Origin: Sphyrna mokarran
Lineage: Eukaryota
Direction of reading: 5' to 3'
Length of the DNA stretch: 64,000 bases
Assembly: GCA_024679065.1 (NCBI GenBank)
Contig: JAGIQG010000008.1
Coordinates: forward strand, 79,918,001 to 79,982,000
Both the position numbers and the translations under genes were made by a program. The notes below the pieces were generated by a model that searched no databases, was not told the DNA's origin, and saw nothing but the letters and a program-made list of their open reading frames with translations. This document shows positions 13,298 to 26,435 of the stretch, piece after piece (the first letter of the stretch is position 1; the number at the start of each line of letters is the position of its first letter).

Positions 13298-13620
13298 GGC
13301 GGCATGGCAACACAGTGGCCAGCACTGCTTCCTCACAGCGCCAGGGACCCAGGTTCAATTCTCAGCTTGGGTCACTGACTGTATGGAATTTGCACTTTTT
13401 CCCATGTCAGTGTGGATTTCCTCCACGTGCTCCGGTTTCCTCCCACAGTCCAAAGATATGCAGGTTAGGTGGGGATTGGCCATGCTAAATTGTCCCTTAG
13501 TGTCAGGTGAATTAGTAGGGTAAACACATGGGATTATGGGGTTAGGGCCTGGGGGGGATTGTGGTCAGTGCAGACTTGAAGGACTGAATGGCCTCCTTCT
13601 GCACTATAAGATTCTATGAT
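13298..13620 (+). mobile_element. Full-length HE1/V-SINE-type SINE
   Basis: GGCGGCATGGCAACACAGTGG...GGTTCAATTC head, V-domain (TGCTCCGGTTTCCTCCCACAGTCCAAAGA), LINE-derived tail GAATGGCCTCCTTCTGCACTATAAGATTCTATGA. Confidence 0.92.
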
Positions 13621-15735
13621 AAGGCTCATTTACGCTTATTGGAAGGAAATACCCAAAGAATATGTTCAAGCCTTGTGCCTTCTGTGAATTATCCAGCAAC
13701 TTGAAATGCCTAAATTTCCCCCTTATTTTCTTTGTGGCAGCACCTCAGCAATTCAGAATCAGTTTTCCAACCAATTAGCCCTCTTTTTCAGTGGTATAAA
13801 ATGTGATTATTTGAAATTTGGCATTGTTACATTTGCCCTGATGAATGCAAGACAAAAAGTTGTAGCAGCACATTTTCCTATTCATTAATACTCAAGCTCT
13901 TGACAACCAACCAACTGAAAATATAATGTTGCACTTTGTGAAATAGTTCTTGAATGGATCGGGCAAGTATTTTTCTTCAGCTAAAGGTTAATAGAAGAAA
14001 GCCACTATGATCATGCAAATGAACACAACAGTGTTCGCTTTACATAGTCTTGTGCAATAGTTTAGTTTGAGGACTGGCCCCTACAAAGGTGCCGAAACTG
14101 GGCACGTGCCTAAACGTGGTCCCTAATGGAGAAGATTTGCCTAGACCAGTCAAGCAGAAACAGGGTTCATTAGGCTGAAATCACAGCCTGCCTGGACAGT
14201 CTCTATACCAGTGGCAGATAGTCACTGGAACTGGATTCACTGAGAGCCCTAATTGGGAAACTGCACAGTTTGCAGTGCCCCAGTGTTGCATCTGGGTGAA
14301 ATAAATTGGATGGAGCTTTTTCTTCCATTTCAGTGCTTGGCAATATTTTGCACTACTCTTAAATATTGTTAGGATATATAGCTGTAAAAAGCAACATTTG
14401 TTAACTGAATAAGAAACAAAAGCTGCAAGTGCTCAGATGGTCTAGACAGCGTCTGGGGAAAGAAACTGATTAGCGTTAGAGATTGATGGTCTTTCATCAG
14501 AACAATGCTGCTTTCTCCACAGATGCTGCCTGGCCTGCTGTGTGTTTCTAATAGTTTCTGGTTTTTTTAATTTCAGATTTAGTATGTTATCTTCCCTATT
14601 TGTTAACTACTGATTAAGCGATCTCAAATCATTCTAAAGGACAGACAAGATGAATCCTTGCACTTTTGTTCAGGGTGAATAGGGAAGATTGAGTTAATGG
14701 CTAACACTGAGGAGATTTAGAGAGAGTGCTGGGGATTTGAACACATCCACTAATTAAGCTTATTTAAGCTGGCAGTCTCTACCTTACTCATCCAGACAGA
14801 CCTTACAGCCGACAACTCTCAACTTTATTTATTTAGTGAGCTATTTATTTATTTTGAGTTTTTTTAACATTTAAAACATATTCATTCACACAAAAACCAG
14901 TCATTTTCACAATTACAATTTCTTATTTGCTGGAATCAGGTTGGTCCATATTTATCAGTAAAATTTAGGCCAGGGTGGGAGATAGGTCAGTAGGTGAGAC
15001 ACAGTCGCAACGTTGCAGAATTGAGCCCTCTAGATTCTCAGTGTTCAATCAGCTTTGTAAAATTAGATTAGCACTATACCTGAGATACTTAAAGATTTGC
15101 AGTCTTCACTACAGAATGTATATTCCCACTTCCATTTGTTTGGTACCAGTTGGATGACCAAGAAATTATAATAATAAGCACCATTATTATAGTTAGATCC
15201 TGGTGTAGTTTTTCCATTCATTGATGCTAACAAATCACTTAAGATTGAAATTTTCAGGAGAAAATTTGACCATTTGATTTGGTGCCATTATTTTCTACCA
15301 TTCAAGGGACAATGATTTGTATTCCCAAAATAAGGGAAATATACCTTATACAAGTTCAGGATTGCAGAAATACAGGAATGGACAAAAAGTCATTGAAGGG
15401 ACATAATGTTGCTGTTCGGGATTAATAATAGTCTATAGATGGCAAGGTAATCTGTCTCCAAGGCACTTGTCTGGTACTCCTAGTATCATATGTGAGAGCC
15501 CCACACTCAAAGCGGTAGCATTGATCATATACATGTATTCTGAGCAAGAGCTGGAAGCGGGAGTAGCTGTGGCACAAGCTGGATGTTTGCAATCATTTTA
15601 CTTATTGAGTATAGTTAATCGCTAATGGAGCATGTTTGTGTACCAGGCTCAGACATGAATGAGTGACTGAGTGAGAAAAGCAGAAGTGTATGATATTTCC
15701 CCCTAGTTTGCTCCAAATGTGTAAAATGATGCTAC

Positions 15736-15882
15736 CTGGAAGACTTTCAGTGCTTTCGCCAACCCTCCTATTTCATTTTTCAGTGAGAAGACAATAGCCA
15801 CTCGACCGCGCTCTGCAGATTCATTGCAATTCTCTTTATCCTCCTTATTCTCTTCAATTTTGTTGAAATTTGACTTGTTAAT
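15736..15882 (-). CDS. TPH1: TPH1 coding exon 2 (INKSNFNKIEENK...ERGRVAIVFSLKNEIGGLAKALKVFQ), start of the ACT regulatory domain
   Basis: Acceptor tttttttatatctggcag|ATT, donor CAG|GTAGCA, 147 nt. Matches human TPH1 IEDNKENK...ERGRASLIFSLKNEVGGLIKALKIFQ. Confidence 0.97.
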
Positions 15883-18049
15883 CTGCCAGATATAAAAAAA
15901 ATCAATAAAGACCACCTGCATTGAGACTAGCAGAAATACTAGAGACAAGTTAGCACTGCTGGCTAAAGAATCCAATTCAAACCGGCTAGGTAATTAACTA
16001 ACTGCAAATGCCTATTTTGACAACTTAAATAAACATAGTTTTAACTGTAAAATTTAGACAAATACTAATGCACATTAGACTAAGAGTGAGAAAAAGAGTA
16101 ACTCTTAAAATTCATTCACTCACCAAAATCCCAAGGCCATATTTTAGCTAGAATGATGTCCAATAGGAAAAGCAGTTTGGACCAATACTGTTATTTCTAA
16201 TTTGTACAGATCATTCTGGAATATAAATTACGAGTCATGGGTGGGAATGAGAGTGATTTATGCTTGAGAGGGGAACAGCTGACCAAACATGGTATCGTGA
16301 TGGTCAACTCATTAGCTATGCATATGGAGTCGGTGAAGCCTGTGGCGGGATGGACAGTAGCTCATCACCCCAACCCTTACTTCAGGGGCTTGTAGGTCTA
16401 GGCAACATATTTCAAGGGGAAGTGGACAGGGACTCACTGTCTGCATTTCAGGAGTATCAATCTAGTTGTCATTCCAGAGGATGAAACATATTACAGATTC
16501 TAGAATGTTGTAGAGCAGAAGAGTATCCCATAGTTCACTCCAGGTTTTCTTCCAGATCATCTTGGAAAACCAGGAGCTCCTGTTCCCCAGGGATGGGAGC
16601 AAGCAGCTTTCTTGTCTGACAAGGCAGCTTGGACATAGGTAGCAATGCAGATCAGTGCCAATGGGACCCACAAACAAACCTGGGTGCAGCAGTGCTGAAA
16701 ACAGATGAATGATCTGCTGTGCTTTATAAGGATAAAATGGACAAAAAGAGTCATAGTGGACCAAGATTCCCACACTGATTCCAGGGATTGTCCGATGAGG
16801 TGAGAATGGGGGAGAATGGGCCTGTATTCTAAAGAGAGAGGTTATCTCTCTATGCAAAGCAGAAAGATAGGATGGACGTTTCCCATAGACTGTGGTGTCC
16901 AGAACAAGACAGCATAATCTCGGAGTGAGAGGCCATCAAATGATTGAGTTGTGTAGGAATTTCAACATTCAGAGTATGCTAAGTGTTTGGATGTCTCCAT
17001 CCTTAGGGCAATGGATACTCGGTCACTGAGTATGCTCCAAATAGATCAATACATTTGTAATTAAAGAGCGAGGATAAAAACTGGCACACTGTTATTGTTA
17101 CCTCCCACCTCGCCCCTAGCCCTAGGGAGCTAACACTTGCCTGTCTCTTTCCATCCCTCCCACCCTCTACTCCCCCTCCCCCCCACAAGATCAACTTGAG
17201 TTGCTCTTTGGCACAGTATTTACTGCAACTCCTGGTCTTGTTTGGATTTCAATGTTGTAAGACCTTTGAGTCAGAGAGCAAAACCTATTGCTGTGAGGGC
17301 TTCACAGTTCAGCACAGTTCTCATCCAGTTGCTTCACAATTTAGTCAGTCAATTGAACCCAACCTCAACTCCAGCCATCAAAAATGATCACTCCCACTTT
17401 GAAGGGTCACATTTTCTAGAATGACCTCATTACGACCTTTGCTTGTAAATACTTTTATTTGAGTTTTTCCCTCTTTTCAAAACAAAACAACACAGCCATA
17501 AAGCTGATACAATACAGCACAATCATTTACCATAGAGAAAACAATAGAATTGGTTCATCCGACCCAGTGCTTCCACATCAAAAAAAGGATGGAGAGAAAA
17601 TGAACAAAATACAAAAAGGAGAAGGGACACATCCTCATGTACTTTAAATTAGGGGCAGGATTGCATTTTCTACAGAAAGCCTTGTAGAAGTACATCTGAC
17701 ACAATGTAACCTAGATACTTCAGATACCTTCTGGAATGAGACTGACTTACAGCAAAGTATATAAATTAGAAATTCCATTGAGATATGTTCCGTAATAATT
17801 TTCTGCCAATTCTGCATGCAAAATGATTTGTCATTAATCCAAGAACATAAAAATATTTTTCCGTGCTGCAAACGTTACAATACAATACAACATTTTCTCA
17901 TTGACAACAATTACTCGTTTATCTGGATGTCCCAGAATTAAAGGCACAGGATCCATCTCCAAGATCATATCAAATATCTTTTCCAGCTCTTTAAGTATAT
18001 CTGGTCAATAAGTTTTTTTTCAATTTTGATACAAGAATTAAGAACCTTA

Positions 18050-18390
18050 GATTTCCAACAGTGCAGTACCCAATAAGTTTGCACTGACTTTCCAAAAGAG
18101 TATCCCACAGAAGCCTTCCCTCCATCCTATCCCCATAATAACCCTGCACACTTACCATGTCTAATCCACTTAATTTACAAACCCTTGGACACTAAGGGGC
18201 AAGTTAACATGGTCAATACTCTTAACCTGCTCATCTTTGGACTGTGGGAGGAAACCAGAACATCCGGAGGAAATTCATGAAGACACGAGGAGAACATGAA
18301 AGCTCCACACAGTCAGCCACCAAGGCTGGTATAAAAAAAACACAGATCCCTACCCCTGTGAGGCAAAAGTGCTAACCACTATGCTACCAG
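18050..18390 (-). mobile_element. HE1/V-SINE-type SINE nested in the L1-like remnant
   Basis: Same head and V-domain as the 13298 copy, reverse strand. Confidence 0.85.
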
Positions 18391-20099
18391 GACTAGACAC
18401 AGTGAGTACAGTGCCCTATTACAAATTTATGTATTTGGTACAATGGACTTATGGCAAAGTCCATCCTATGTTTTAAACTTGTGTAATATTGCCTTCTGCA
18501 CTGTAGGGATTCTATGATTCTACGACTATATAAACAAGTTAGAATTTATAGTTGAATCTCCTTTACACTACTACAGAGTGAAATTTTATTTTAATTCTCT
18601 CAGATAACCCCCTGGATCTCTTTATTAGTAATCACTGTGAGATCCCTTTCCCAAATCTGCAGTACCTTAGCATCTTTTGCATGTTTGTATTGGATCTAGA
18701 ATATAACTTATCATAAAACTTACTAATAAATACTTTAGTTCCATGAACAGTAATATATTTTCTACGGTGGAGACATGGCAACAAGATGTAATGTTGTTTT
18801 AATAAAAATAAAGTCTTTAAGTTATATCTAAAAAAATGTCTGAAAATATCACATTGTTGAAAAAGTTGCTCAAAAGATAACAAGAAGGCCTCTCTAAGCA
18901 GTCCCCTCAGTCTTGTGAGTCCTCTAGCCCTCCAAATGTCAATACCATGCTCTGAATTACTCTGTATGGGAGACAGAGCAGAAGTCAACAAATGTCATCC
19001 CTCCAAATCATGGACCATCTTCCACGCTCTCAGATATTGATAATTATTAGGTTTCCACATTGGTCTGATACTTAAAATCTCTAAGAAAAAAAGTTTGTAA
19101 AGAATGTTCAGTATGACAAACCTCAATATTAAACCAAATGGGAGTGGGGTCCCTTCTTATCCATTCCCATATAAATATCAGATGAGAGGCTAGCTGATAC
19201 TGTTTTATATTCACTACCCCAGGACTCCCCTTTTGAAGTTGGATGTTGTAATTTGATTAGTTTTAAGTGAGGTCTTTTCTTATTCCACATAAAGAAGCTA
19301 AACCCAGAGTAATTTTCTTAACCAAAAGTAAAATTGGTGACAGCAACATTGGTAATTCATTCATCTTAATAAGTGTTACCCTGCCCAGCCATGATACAGG
19401 TAAACAGGTCCAACAACGTAGATTTCACTTTATAGATTTGAGTAACGGGGTAAAGTTTGGCTTACACAACTGACAGAATAAGGGGTTATAAAACTAAAAA
19501 TAAGCATAACCAGAAGGAGACAATCTGAAGAGGAATGGAATAAGGGGAGGAAGCCAGGTGAAGGAGCAACTCTCTAAATCTTCCCATAGCATAGTCTCAG
19601 ACTCACGAAGACACGAGGAGAACATGTAACCTTCACACAGTCAGCCACCAAGGCTGGTATGAAAAAAACACAGATCGCTACCCCTGTGAGGCAAAAGTGC
19701 TAACCACTGTGCTACCAGGACTAGACACAGTGAGTATAGCGCCCTATTACAAATTTACGTATTTGGTACAATGGAGATATAGCAGAGTCCATCCTATGTT
19801 TTAAACTTGTGTAATATTGCCTATAAATTTATTTTATAACCTGAGAAGGAGCCAAACCAATCAATAATGTCAATAATATCAGGAATAGAAACTTCTGGCT
19901 TAGATAAAAATAGTAATACATCAGCAGTGTACAACATAATCTAATGCTGCTTTCCATCACCTGCCAAACCAAATACTGAATGATTAAGTCTAATTGCTTC
20001 ACTAAGGGCTCAATAGCTATTGCAAACAACAACAGTGAGCAAACAGCCCTGCCTGGTCCTCCACTGATGATTAAAATTATTAAATCTGTAGATCTAATA

Positions 20100-20392
20100 T
20101 AGGATAGCACAGTGGCACAGTAGTTAATACTGCTGCCTCACAGTGCCAGGGACCTGAATGTAATCTGGCCATAGGTTACTGCCTGTGTGGAGTTTGCATG
20201 TTCCTCCCCTGCCTGTGTGGATTTCCTCCCACAGCCCAAAGATGTGTGGATTAGGTGGATTGCCATGCCAAATTGCCCCTTAGTGGTGGGGATTAAGTGG
20301 GGTTACAGGGATAGAGCCTGGCTAGGATTGTTGTCGGTGCAGGTTCAATGAGCTGAATGGCCTCATTTTGCACTATAGGGATTCTATGATCT
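20100..20392 (+). mobile_element. HE1/V-SINE-type SINE nested in the L1-like RT
   Basis: GCACAGTGGCACAGTAGTTAATACTGCTGCCTCACAG head, GGAGTTTGCATGTTC core, GGGATTCTATGA tail. Confidence 0.88.
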
Positions 20393-21339
20393 ATAACTAC
20401 CACAAGTGGATTTTATGATGTACTTGCATCCATTCAATAAAATCCACTCCACCCCAACAGCCCAAATATATCCAATGTGTAAAATAAATAGTTCCATTCC
20501 ATCCAATCAAATGTTTTTTCTACATCCATTGAAATCACCAAGCTGTTAATTGCCTGTTTTGAGAAACCTAAATGAGATTTAATAATCTCCTGATGTTACA
20601 TGAATTGCAACCTTTTATAAACCTGGTCTGATCACTATGGATAATCAAGGGAAGATTTTTTTTTCAAGATGCAACATTTAGATAATAATTTCAGATCTAC
20701 ATTTAAAAACAATTTTGGTTTTCCAGAGACACAATCTTCTGGACTTCTGCCTGTCTTCAAAATTAAAGTGATACTTCTCTAAAAGACTGAGGTAGCAGTC
20801 CTACTTCAAATGAATTGTTATAAATAACAATCAAAGGTTCTGTTAGCACGTTTTTGAATTCCTTATAAAATTCACTTCCAAAACCATCAGGTCCCAGAGC
20901 TTTACCAGATTGAAGATAATATTTCGTCTTTAGAAATGCGAGTGTTTAAGGTCAATCTTTGGTCCTCAGATATTGTTGGATATTCAAAAGAAGATAAAAA
21001 TTATTTCATGTGCATTAGTACATCTTCGGACGGATCTGCTTTATATAAATTGAAATAAAGTAATTAAATGCCTTATATCCTCTTAAACATGCTATTGTCT
21101 TATATGCCTTATACGATCTTAAACATCAAATACAGAAAGAACAGTCCAAAATCTACTCTCTTTGTAAAGAGAGCTAAGTATCCACGGCAAGCATAAAAAG
21201 ATGCGGCATATCATATTTCAGACCTACTCCACCATCTTCCACTCTCCCTCATGAGCCATCAACTTCTCCCATCACCCTTGAGCAACCCAATATAAGCGTT
21301 CCCCTCCCCTCTGTTAAGTCATGTAAAATGGTTGTTTTT

Positions 21340-22040
21340 TTTTCAAATTGGATTATGGTAGTTAGTGATATTCCTTAGGTTGATGCTAGGGCTACTCTCT
21401 TTTATAGTTTACATAAAAGATTTGGATACTGGAATAAGAGTAAAATTTCAAAATTTGCCAATGATATCAAGCTTTGAAATGTAATAAACAGCAAGGATTG
21501 TACCAAATAACTGCAACCAGACATTGATAAGTTAACAGAATGGACAAACATAAGCATCCTTATAAAGCCCTAATAACATTAATGCCTGTTTTAATGCCTA
21601 CTTCAACGTTAATGTTTTAACGTTAATGCCTGTATTACCTCAAGTTCTGTTCAACATACATCAGGAAGGATGTGAAGGTCCTTGAGCAAAGGTTTACTAG
21701 AATAGCCCCAATAATAAGAGATTTTAGTTACATGACTATGTTTGAATACTTAAGTCTTTCGTCTTGAAAGGTAGAAGGTTGAGGTTACATTTGATAAAGA
21801 TGTACAGCCTTAAATAAGGTAGACAAAGAAAAGCTGTTCCAGTTAGTTGATAGTGAAAGAACCAGAGGATATAAATTTCTGGTGGACAAGAGATACTGCA
21901 CATGAGCAGAACTTTGTTTTACACAGTGAGTGGTGGAAGTAGACTCTATCAATAATTTTGGAAATAAATTGGGAAAGAGTGGGGTAAGGGAACTTTATGG
22001 GTTGAATGGCCTCCTTCTGTACCTTAATGTTTCTATTATT
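21340..22040 (+). mobile_element. Decayed CR1 LINE RT/3' fragments
   Basis: SKISKFANDIKL (KFADDTKL-like), FTQ*VV and a GAATGGCCTCCTTCTGTAC tail. Confidence 0.75.
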
Positions 22041-23009
22041 TTAATTAGCTTTCTCCTCTACCAATAGACTTCTGAAAATGTGATCTATTGCCCAGTTAAA
22101 GATAGATGTGTAAATAATAAACTAATAAAAAGAGACATGGGACATGGACAAGCAGAATGCAAAGCAGGAATACCAAGACCAAAAAACAAACCAGTCAAGA
22201 GAAGTACATACCACAGAAGTACCCTTTGGAGATTATGATTTATAAACAGTCTGTTGCCAAGATTAAGTCGCCTAACCAGACTGAGTTGTCAGCGCACATA
22301 TGGAATCTAGCATTATGTTTTTGGATGTGTCATCCAGGGAAAACATACCTTCTTCTTACATGCAGGTGAGAAATAGAAAGGATCATATATAGATCCTTGG
22401 GGAACTACCGAGATTATGGTTCAGATCAGGAAAGAAGACATTACAGAAGAGTATCTAATTGCAATTGATAGGCAAGAGAGAAACCAGGCAAGTGAAGTAC
22501 TACGCAGCTGGACAACAGAGGAGAAGCAATGGTGGAAGATGGTATGTTTAACCACCCATGTCAAAGGTTGCAGGAAGGTCCTTCCTAGAGGAGCAACAAT
22601 TGTGCATCTCAGTTACTGTTGTTGCAATTTGTGACTTTAATTAGAGCTGTTTAAGTCTTTAGTAGATATGTCTGCGTGTCCATGCATGCTTATGTATTGG
22701 TGGATGATATATGTGTATTGAATATCTGTATGTAAAATAATGGTCTGCAAATGTAGATTTTTTGGCCCTTGTATGTACAGTATGTACAGTGTACAGTAAT
22801 TGCAGAAATGTGCACTTTTCACACACTGAAAACTAATATACAGACATCACAACCAGAAAATCTTTCGCTTTTCCCATTACCTGTTAATTTAAATGGATGA
22901 ATGTAAAATCATTGAGAACAACTCGATATTCCTCAATGTGCATTTCCAGTAGCCACTTTATTGATTAAATTGTTCCATGTCTATTAATGGACCCTTTGGC
23001 TGGAGTTGT

Positions 23010-23210
23010 TTTTAGTCTGGCATTTGTTGTCCATTCGTAGTTGCCCTTCAGAAGGTGGAAGTGAGCTGCCTTCTTAAACTGCTGCAGACCTTGAAGTTTA
23101 GGTATATCCACAATGCTGATAGGGAGGGAATTCCAAGATTTTCACATAGCAACAGTGAAGGGACAGCGATGCATTTTCAAGTCAGGATGGTGAGTGACTA
23201 AAGGGAAAGT
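23010..23210 (-). mobile_element. LINE 3' end whose tail is shared with the SINE family at 47020 and 49255
   Basis: Reverse complement ends GGGCAACTACGAATGGACAACAAATGCC; a related copy lies at ~31060-31380. Confidence 0.6.
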
Positions 23211-25724
23211 GTAATACTTTAGTGAGAGACAGCCTGCAGATACTTGCCCATGACAGTGAAATGAATGCACTGGAAAGTTTAGGAGTTTTCTTGTCTTTTA
23301 GGGAAAAAGCTTGGGTTAGGGAGCACAAAAATGGAATCTGCTTATTTGTGTCTATTAGTGGCTGTCACTGTATTAATCATTACATATGTATTAATGGACA
23401 TTTTTTATTTATCCATTCTGACAGGAGTGGTATTTATTATTGTCTATCCCTAATAGCCTTTGAGATGGAGGGGGGAGGGTGAGTCATTCTCTTGAGAACA
23501 ACTGAATGGATTTGTATTAGTGAACAAGGTGGGTTTTGTGGCAATCCTTTGGTTTCATGGCCAACGTTACTGATACTAGCTTTTTATTCAGATAAATGAA
23601 GTCAAATTCCCCAGCTCCCGTGGTGGAATTAGTCCTGGCCTCTTGATTACTTATTCCACCACACACTATGCCACTGTAGATCCTGTCTTAGATGATGGTT
23701 ATGTGTGTTGACTAGGTGGAGGAATGGAGTTAGTCAGTGCGTGTGCGTGTATGTTAGTAACCCCTTCGTGTGACTGTTCGTCCGATGCATGTTAGCCATC
23801 ACTTGTGTGTACCAGGCACTTTATGTCTGAGTGGATATTAATCATACGATGCCTGTATTAGGAACTTCCCTGTATATGCTTGTATATTACATATATTTAT
23901 CAGTGACTATGTGTATTACTAGCTGCTGTGAATGTGGACTGCATATACGTTCACCATAACTTGCTGTAAGCAGAACAATATGCTGATTATGGGTCAGACT
24001 TGCCCTTGCCCATTCACTAGCAATGATATTATGAGCCACAAGTTGCTAAAGTACAATCTGATAATGGTAGAGTGAGGGAAACTGGACATCCGGGACCGCA
24101 ATCCCAGGGAAAAAAATTGTGCATCCACTTAACCAGTCATTTTGAAAGATTGTGGAATTAATATCACAAGGATTGGGAAGGAGCGGGTGAATTCAATGTC
24201 AACTCAGAGACAGGGAGAAAGAGAAGGAAAGAAAATATGGATTAAGAGAAAGGGAGTGAAAAAGAGACAAAAAAGCAAAGACGAAATATTAAATATCCAC
24301 ATCTGCAATAATGTAAACATGGGGGGAATGAGGCTCCACACGTTATCGGCAATTGTCCTTTTCAGGGTTTATCAGGTGGCTAAATGACCTAGACTGAAAC
24401 GGACAGGATTTCTCCAGAAAGTGATAAGTAGGAACGAAGGAGTTTAATCTCACCTCAAAACGGTGAGTCTAGCAATGTGTTGCTGAATTCGCAATAAGAG
24501 AGAGCAGCATCTCCTACACCAACTTCTGGATTGCTGACTCGCCTCAACATAATGACATTTTGCGCAGAATTATCGCTTGGTGCCAGCATTCTGTCTTATT
24601 TTGACAGCAAATGTGCATTAACACAATTATTTTTGCTAACATTGGGATTTTTTGGTTGATTAGACAGTCCTTCCTCAGTGCGCATTTCCTGCGTGGGTTT
24701 TTATTGAAAGGACAACAAGTATCCAAAAGTGCTTCTGAGAGCTAGATTTGTTCTACAATCCTACTTAATTTGACAAGTGTTCAGAAGGGATCGGCTATGA
24801 ATAGCTGGCTTTACTTAATGCGTAATAAATAAGACTCTAAACACTGGATTAGAAAATCCTATCTCCAAATGACAATGAGGAGAGGCTTCGGCAGCAAGGG
24901 GCAGACTAAAAGTAAGTCTGGAACATCAGCGAAATTGTTCATCGTAAAATATCATAAACGGGCGCCTTTTATCCATTCCCAGCTCTCCAATAGATCTTTC
25001 ACCAAGACAAGCGCTAGCACAGGTAATCCTTTTACAGTCTCCAACCATCACAATGTGGTGCGGACAGCAACATCACAGCCTGAGTGCCGGTAACTAAAAC
25101 AACGTGGGAGAATCCTGTGACCTTCAGAGGTAGCGGGCAGGTGAAGAGTGCGATTGCATGACACAAATCCCTTCGTTACGCACAGATCCGGCAGCTTCAA
25201 TCCAGCAGAACAGCGGGGAGCCAGAATCTGAAATAGGATTTTCTGACCAATTGTTACTCTAACCACACTGGAGAGGTTCAGAGATTCCTGGTTTAGTTAT
25301 GTGCAATTGTGAGGGAAGGGGAAATCATATTCACCACATGTACCAGAGACTCTATCACCGTTGCGCTTAAACCGATGAACTCCCACCTTCTTCTCCAACT
25401 CATCTCTAGGTTTTAAATCCTTTATTTCAAACATTTGACATGTTAAGGGTCACCACAACATGTCAAGGCCATTGCGACCCGCACGAAATCCAGTTCAGAT
25501 ATAACCACTGGAGAGTGCCGAGACAATTCCCAAGTTTTCAGGAGAAAGGTATAACCTATTCCCAATTGGCCTTTTTTTGTGAGGAGGACAGGAAAGCATT
25601 CTCTCACCCATCACCTCCCCACCCCGTTCCCCAGCGTACCTCCACACTTCACTGTGGCTAAATCCCATGACTTTGTTCTCTGGCCTTCAGCCCTTCAAAT
25701 AATGACAAAGAAAACTCCACCAAC

Positions 25725-25814
25725 CTCATTATTCAGGTATTTCTCGTCCAAGCCGGAGTTCATAGATTCAAAGGACCGTCCTCTCCTGGGTCCCTCGTAT
25801 TTGTTGGAGTACAT
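25725..25814 (-). CDS. TPH1: Tryptophan hydroxylase 1, coding exon 1 (MYSNKYEGPRRGRSFESMNSGLDEKYLNNE)
   Basis: ATG at 25814 in AGCACCATG context; 30 codons, then donor GAG|GTTGGT (phase 0). Peptide resembles the N-terminus of non-mammalian Tph1 as I recall it (MYSxKxxGPRRGRSFDS...LNNE) and joins in frame to the next exon. Confidence 0.9.
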
Positions 25815-25879
25815 GGTGCTAAGTTCCGAACCTCTTGCTATTCGTGTCACGATGTGCCTCCTGCTCACTCCGAACGCTG

Positions 25880-26385
25880 CTCTGCCTGCTATCCTGCTCT
25901 GCACTCCTTAGTATCCTATTCTCTCAGGTATTCTGTCCTGCTCTCTCTCTCTCTCTCTGGTATCCTGCCTTCTGTGGTATCCTGCTGTGTCTCTGGTATC
26001 TTGTCCTACTCTTTCTTTGATATCCTATCCTACTCTCTCTGATCTACTATCCTGCGTTCTCTCTGATATCTTGTCCTGCTCTTTCTCTGGTATCCTGCTC
26101 TCTCTCTCTCTCTGCTATCCTGCCTTGCTCTTTGGTATCCTGCTCTATTCTAGTATCTTGTCCTACTCTCTCTCTGATATCCTTAGCTATTTTCTCTCTG
26201 ATATCCTGTCTTGCTCTGTCTCTGTGATATACTGTACTGCGCTCTTTCTGATATCCTGTCCCGCTCTTTCTCTGGTATCCTGCTCTCTCTCTCTCTACTA
26301 TCCTGCCCTGTTCTCTCTCTGGTATCCTATCCTACTGTCCCCCTGATATCCTGCCCCGCTCTCTCTGGTATTCTTGCTGTTTCTG
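25880..26385. repeat. Degenerate tandem repeat (CTCTCTCTGGTATCCTG-type, ~17-25 bp units) in the putative TPH1 5' leader
   Basis: Recurring GGTATCCTG/GATATCCTG cores separated by (CT)n runs; strongly purine-rich on the minus strand. Confidence 0.9.
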
Positions 26386-26435
26386 TGAACTGCTATGTAC
26401 AGTTGTTGTGTCGCCTCCTGAGCTGCGGCTCTGTT

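Larger units (their letters stand above)
17450..21080 (-). mobile_element. Decayed L1/Tx1-clade LINE ORF2 (reverse transcriptase to 3' end), interrupted by SINEs, in TPH1 intron 1
   Basis: Hand-translated motifs SGKALGPDGFGSEFYKEF (~20860-20910), ISMDVEKTFDWMEWNYLF (~20485-20540) and LLFAIAIEPL (~20000-20035); many stops and frameshifts. Confidence 0.85.

Noticed and set aside
13298-13375. tRNA genes at SINE heads
   Set aside because: The A/B-box-like heads run straight into SINE bodies and do not form complete cloverleaves.
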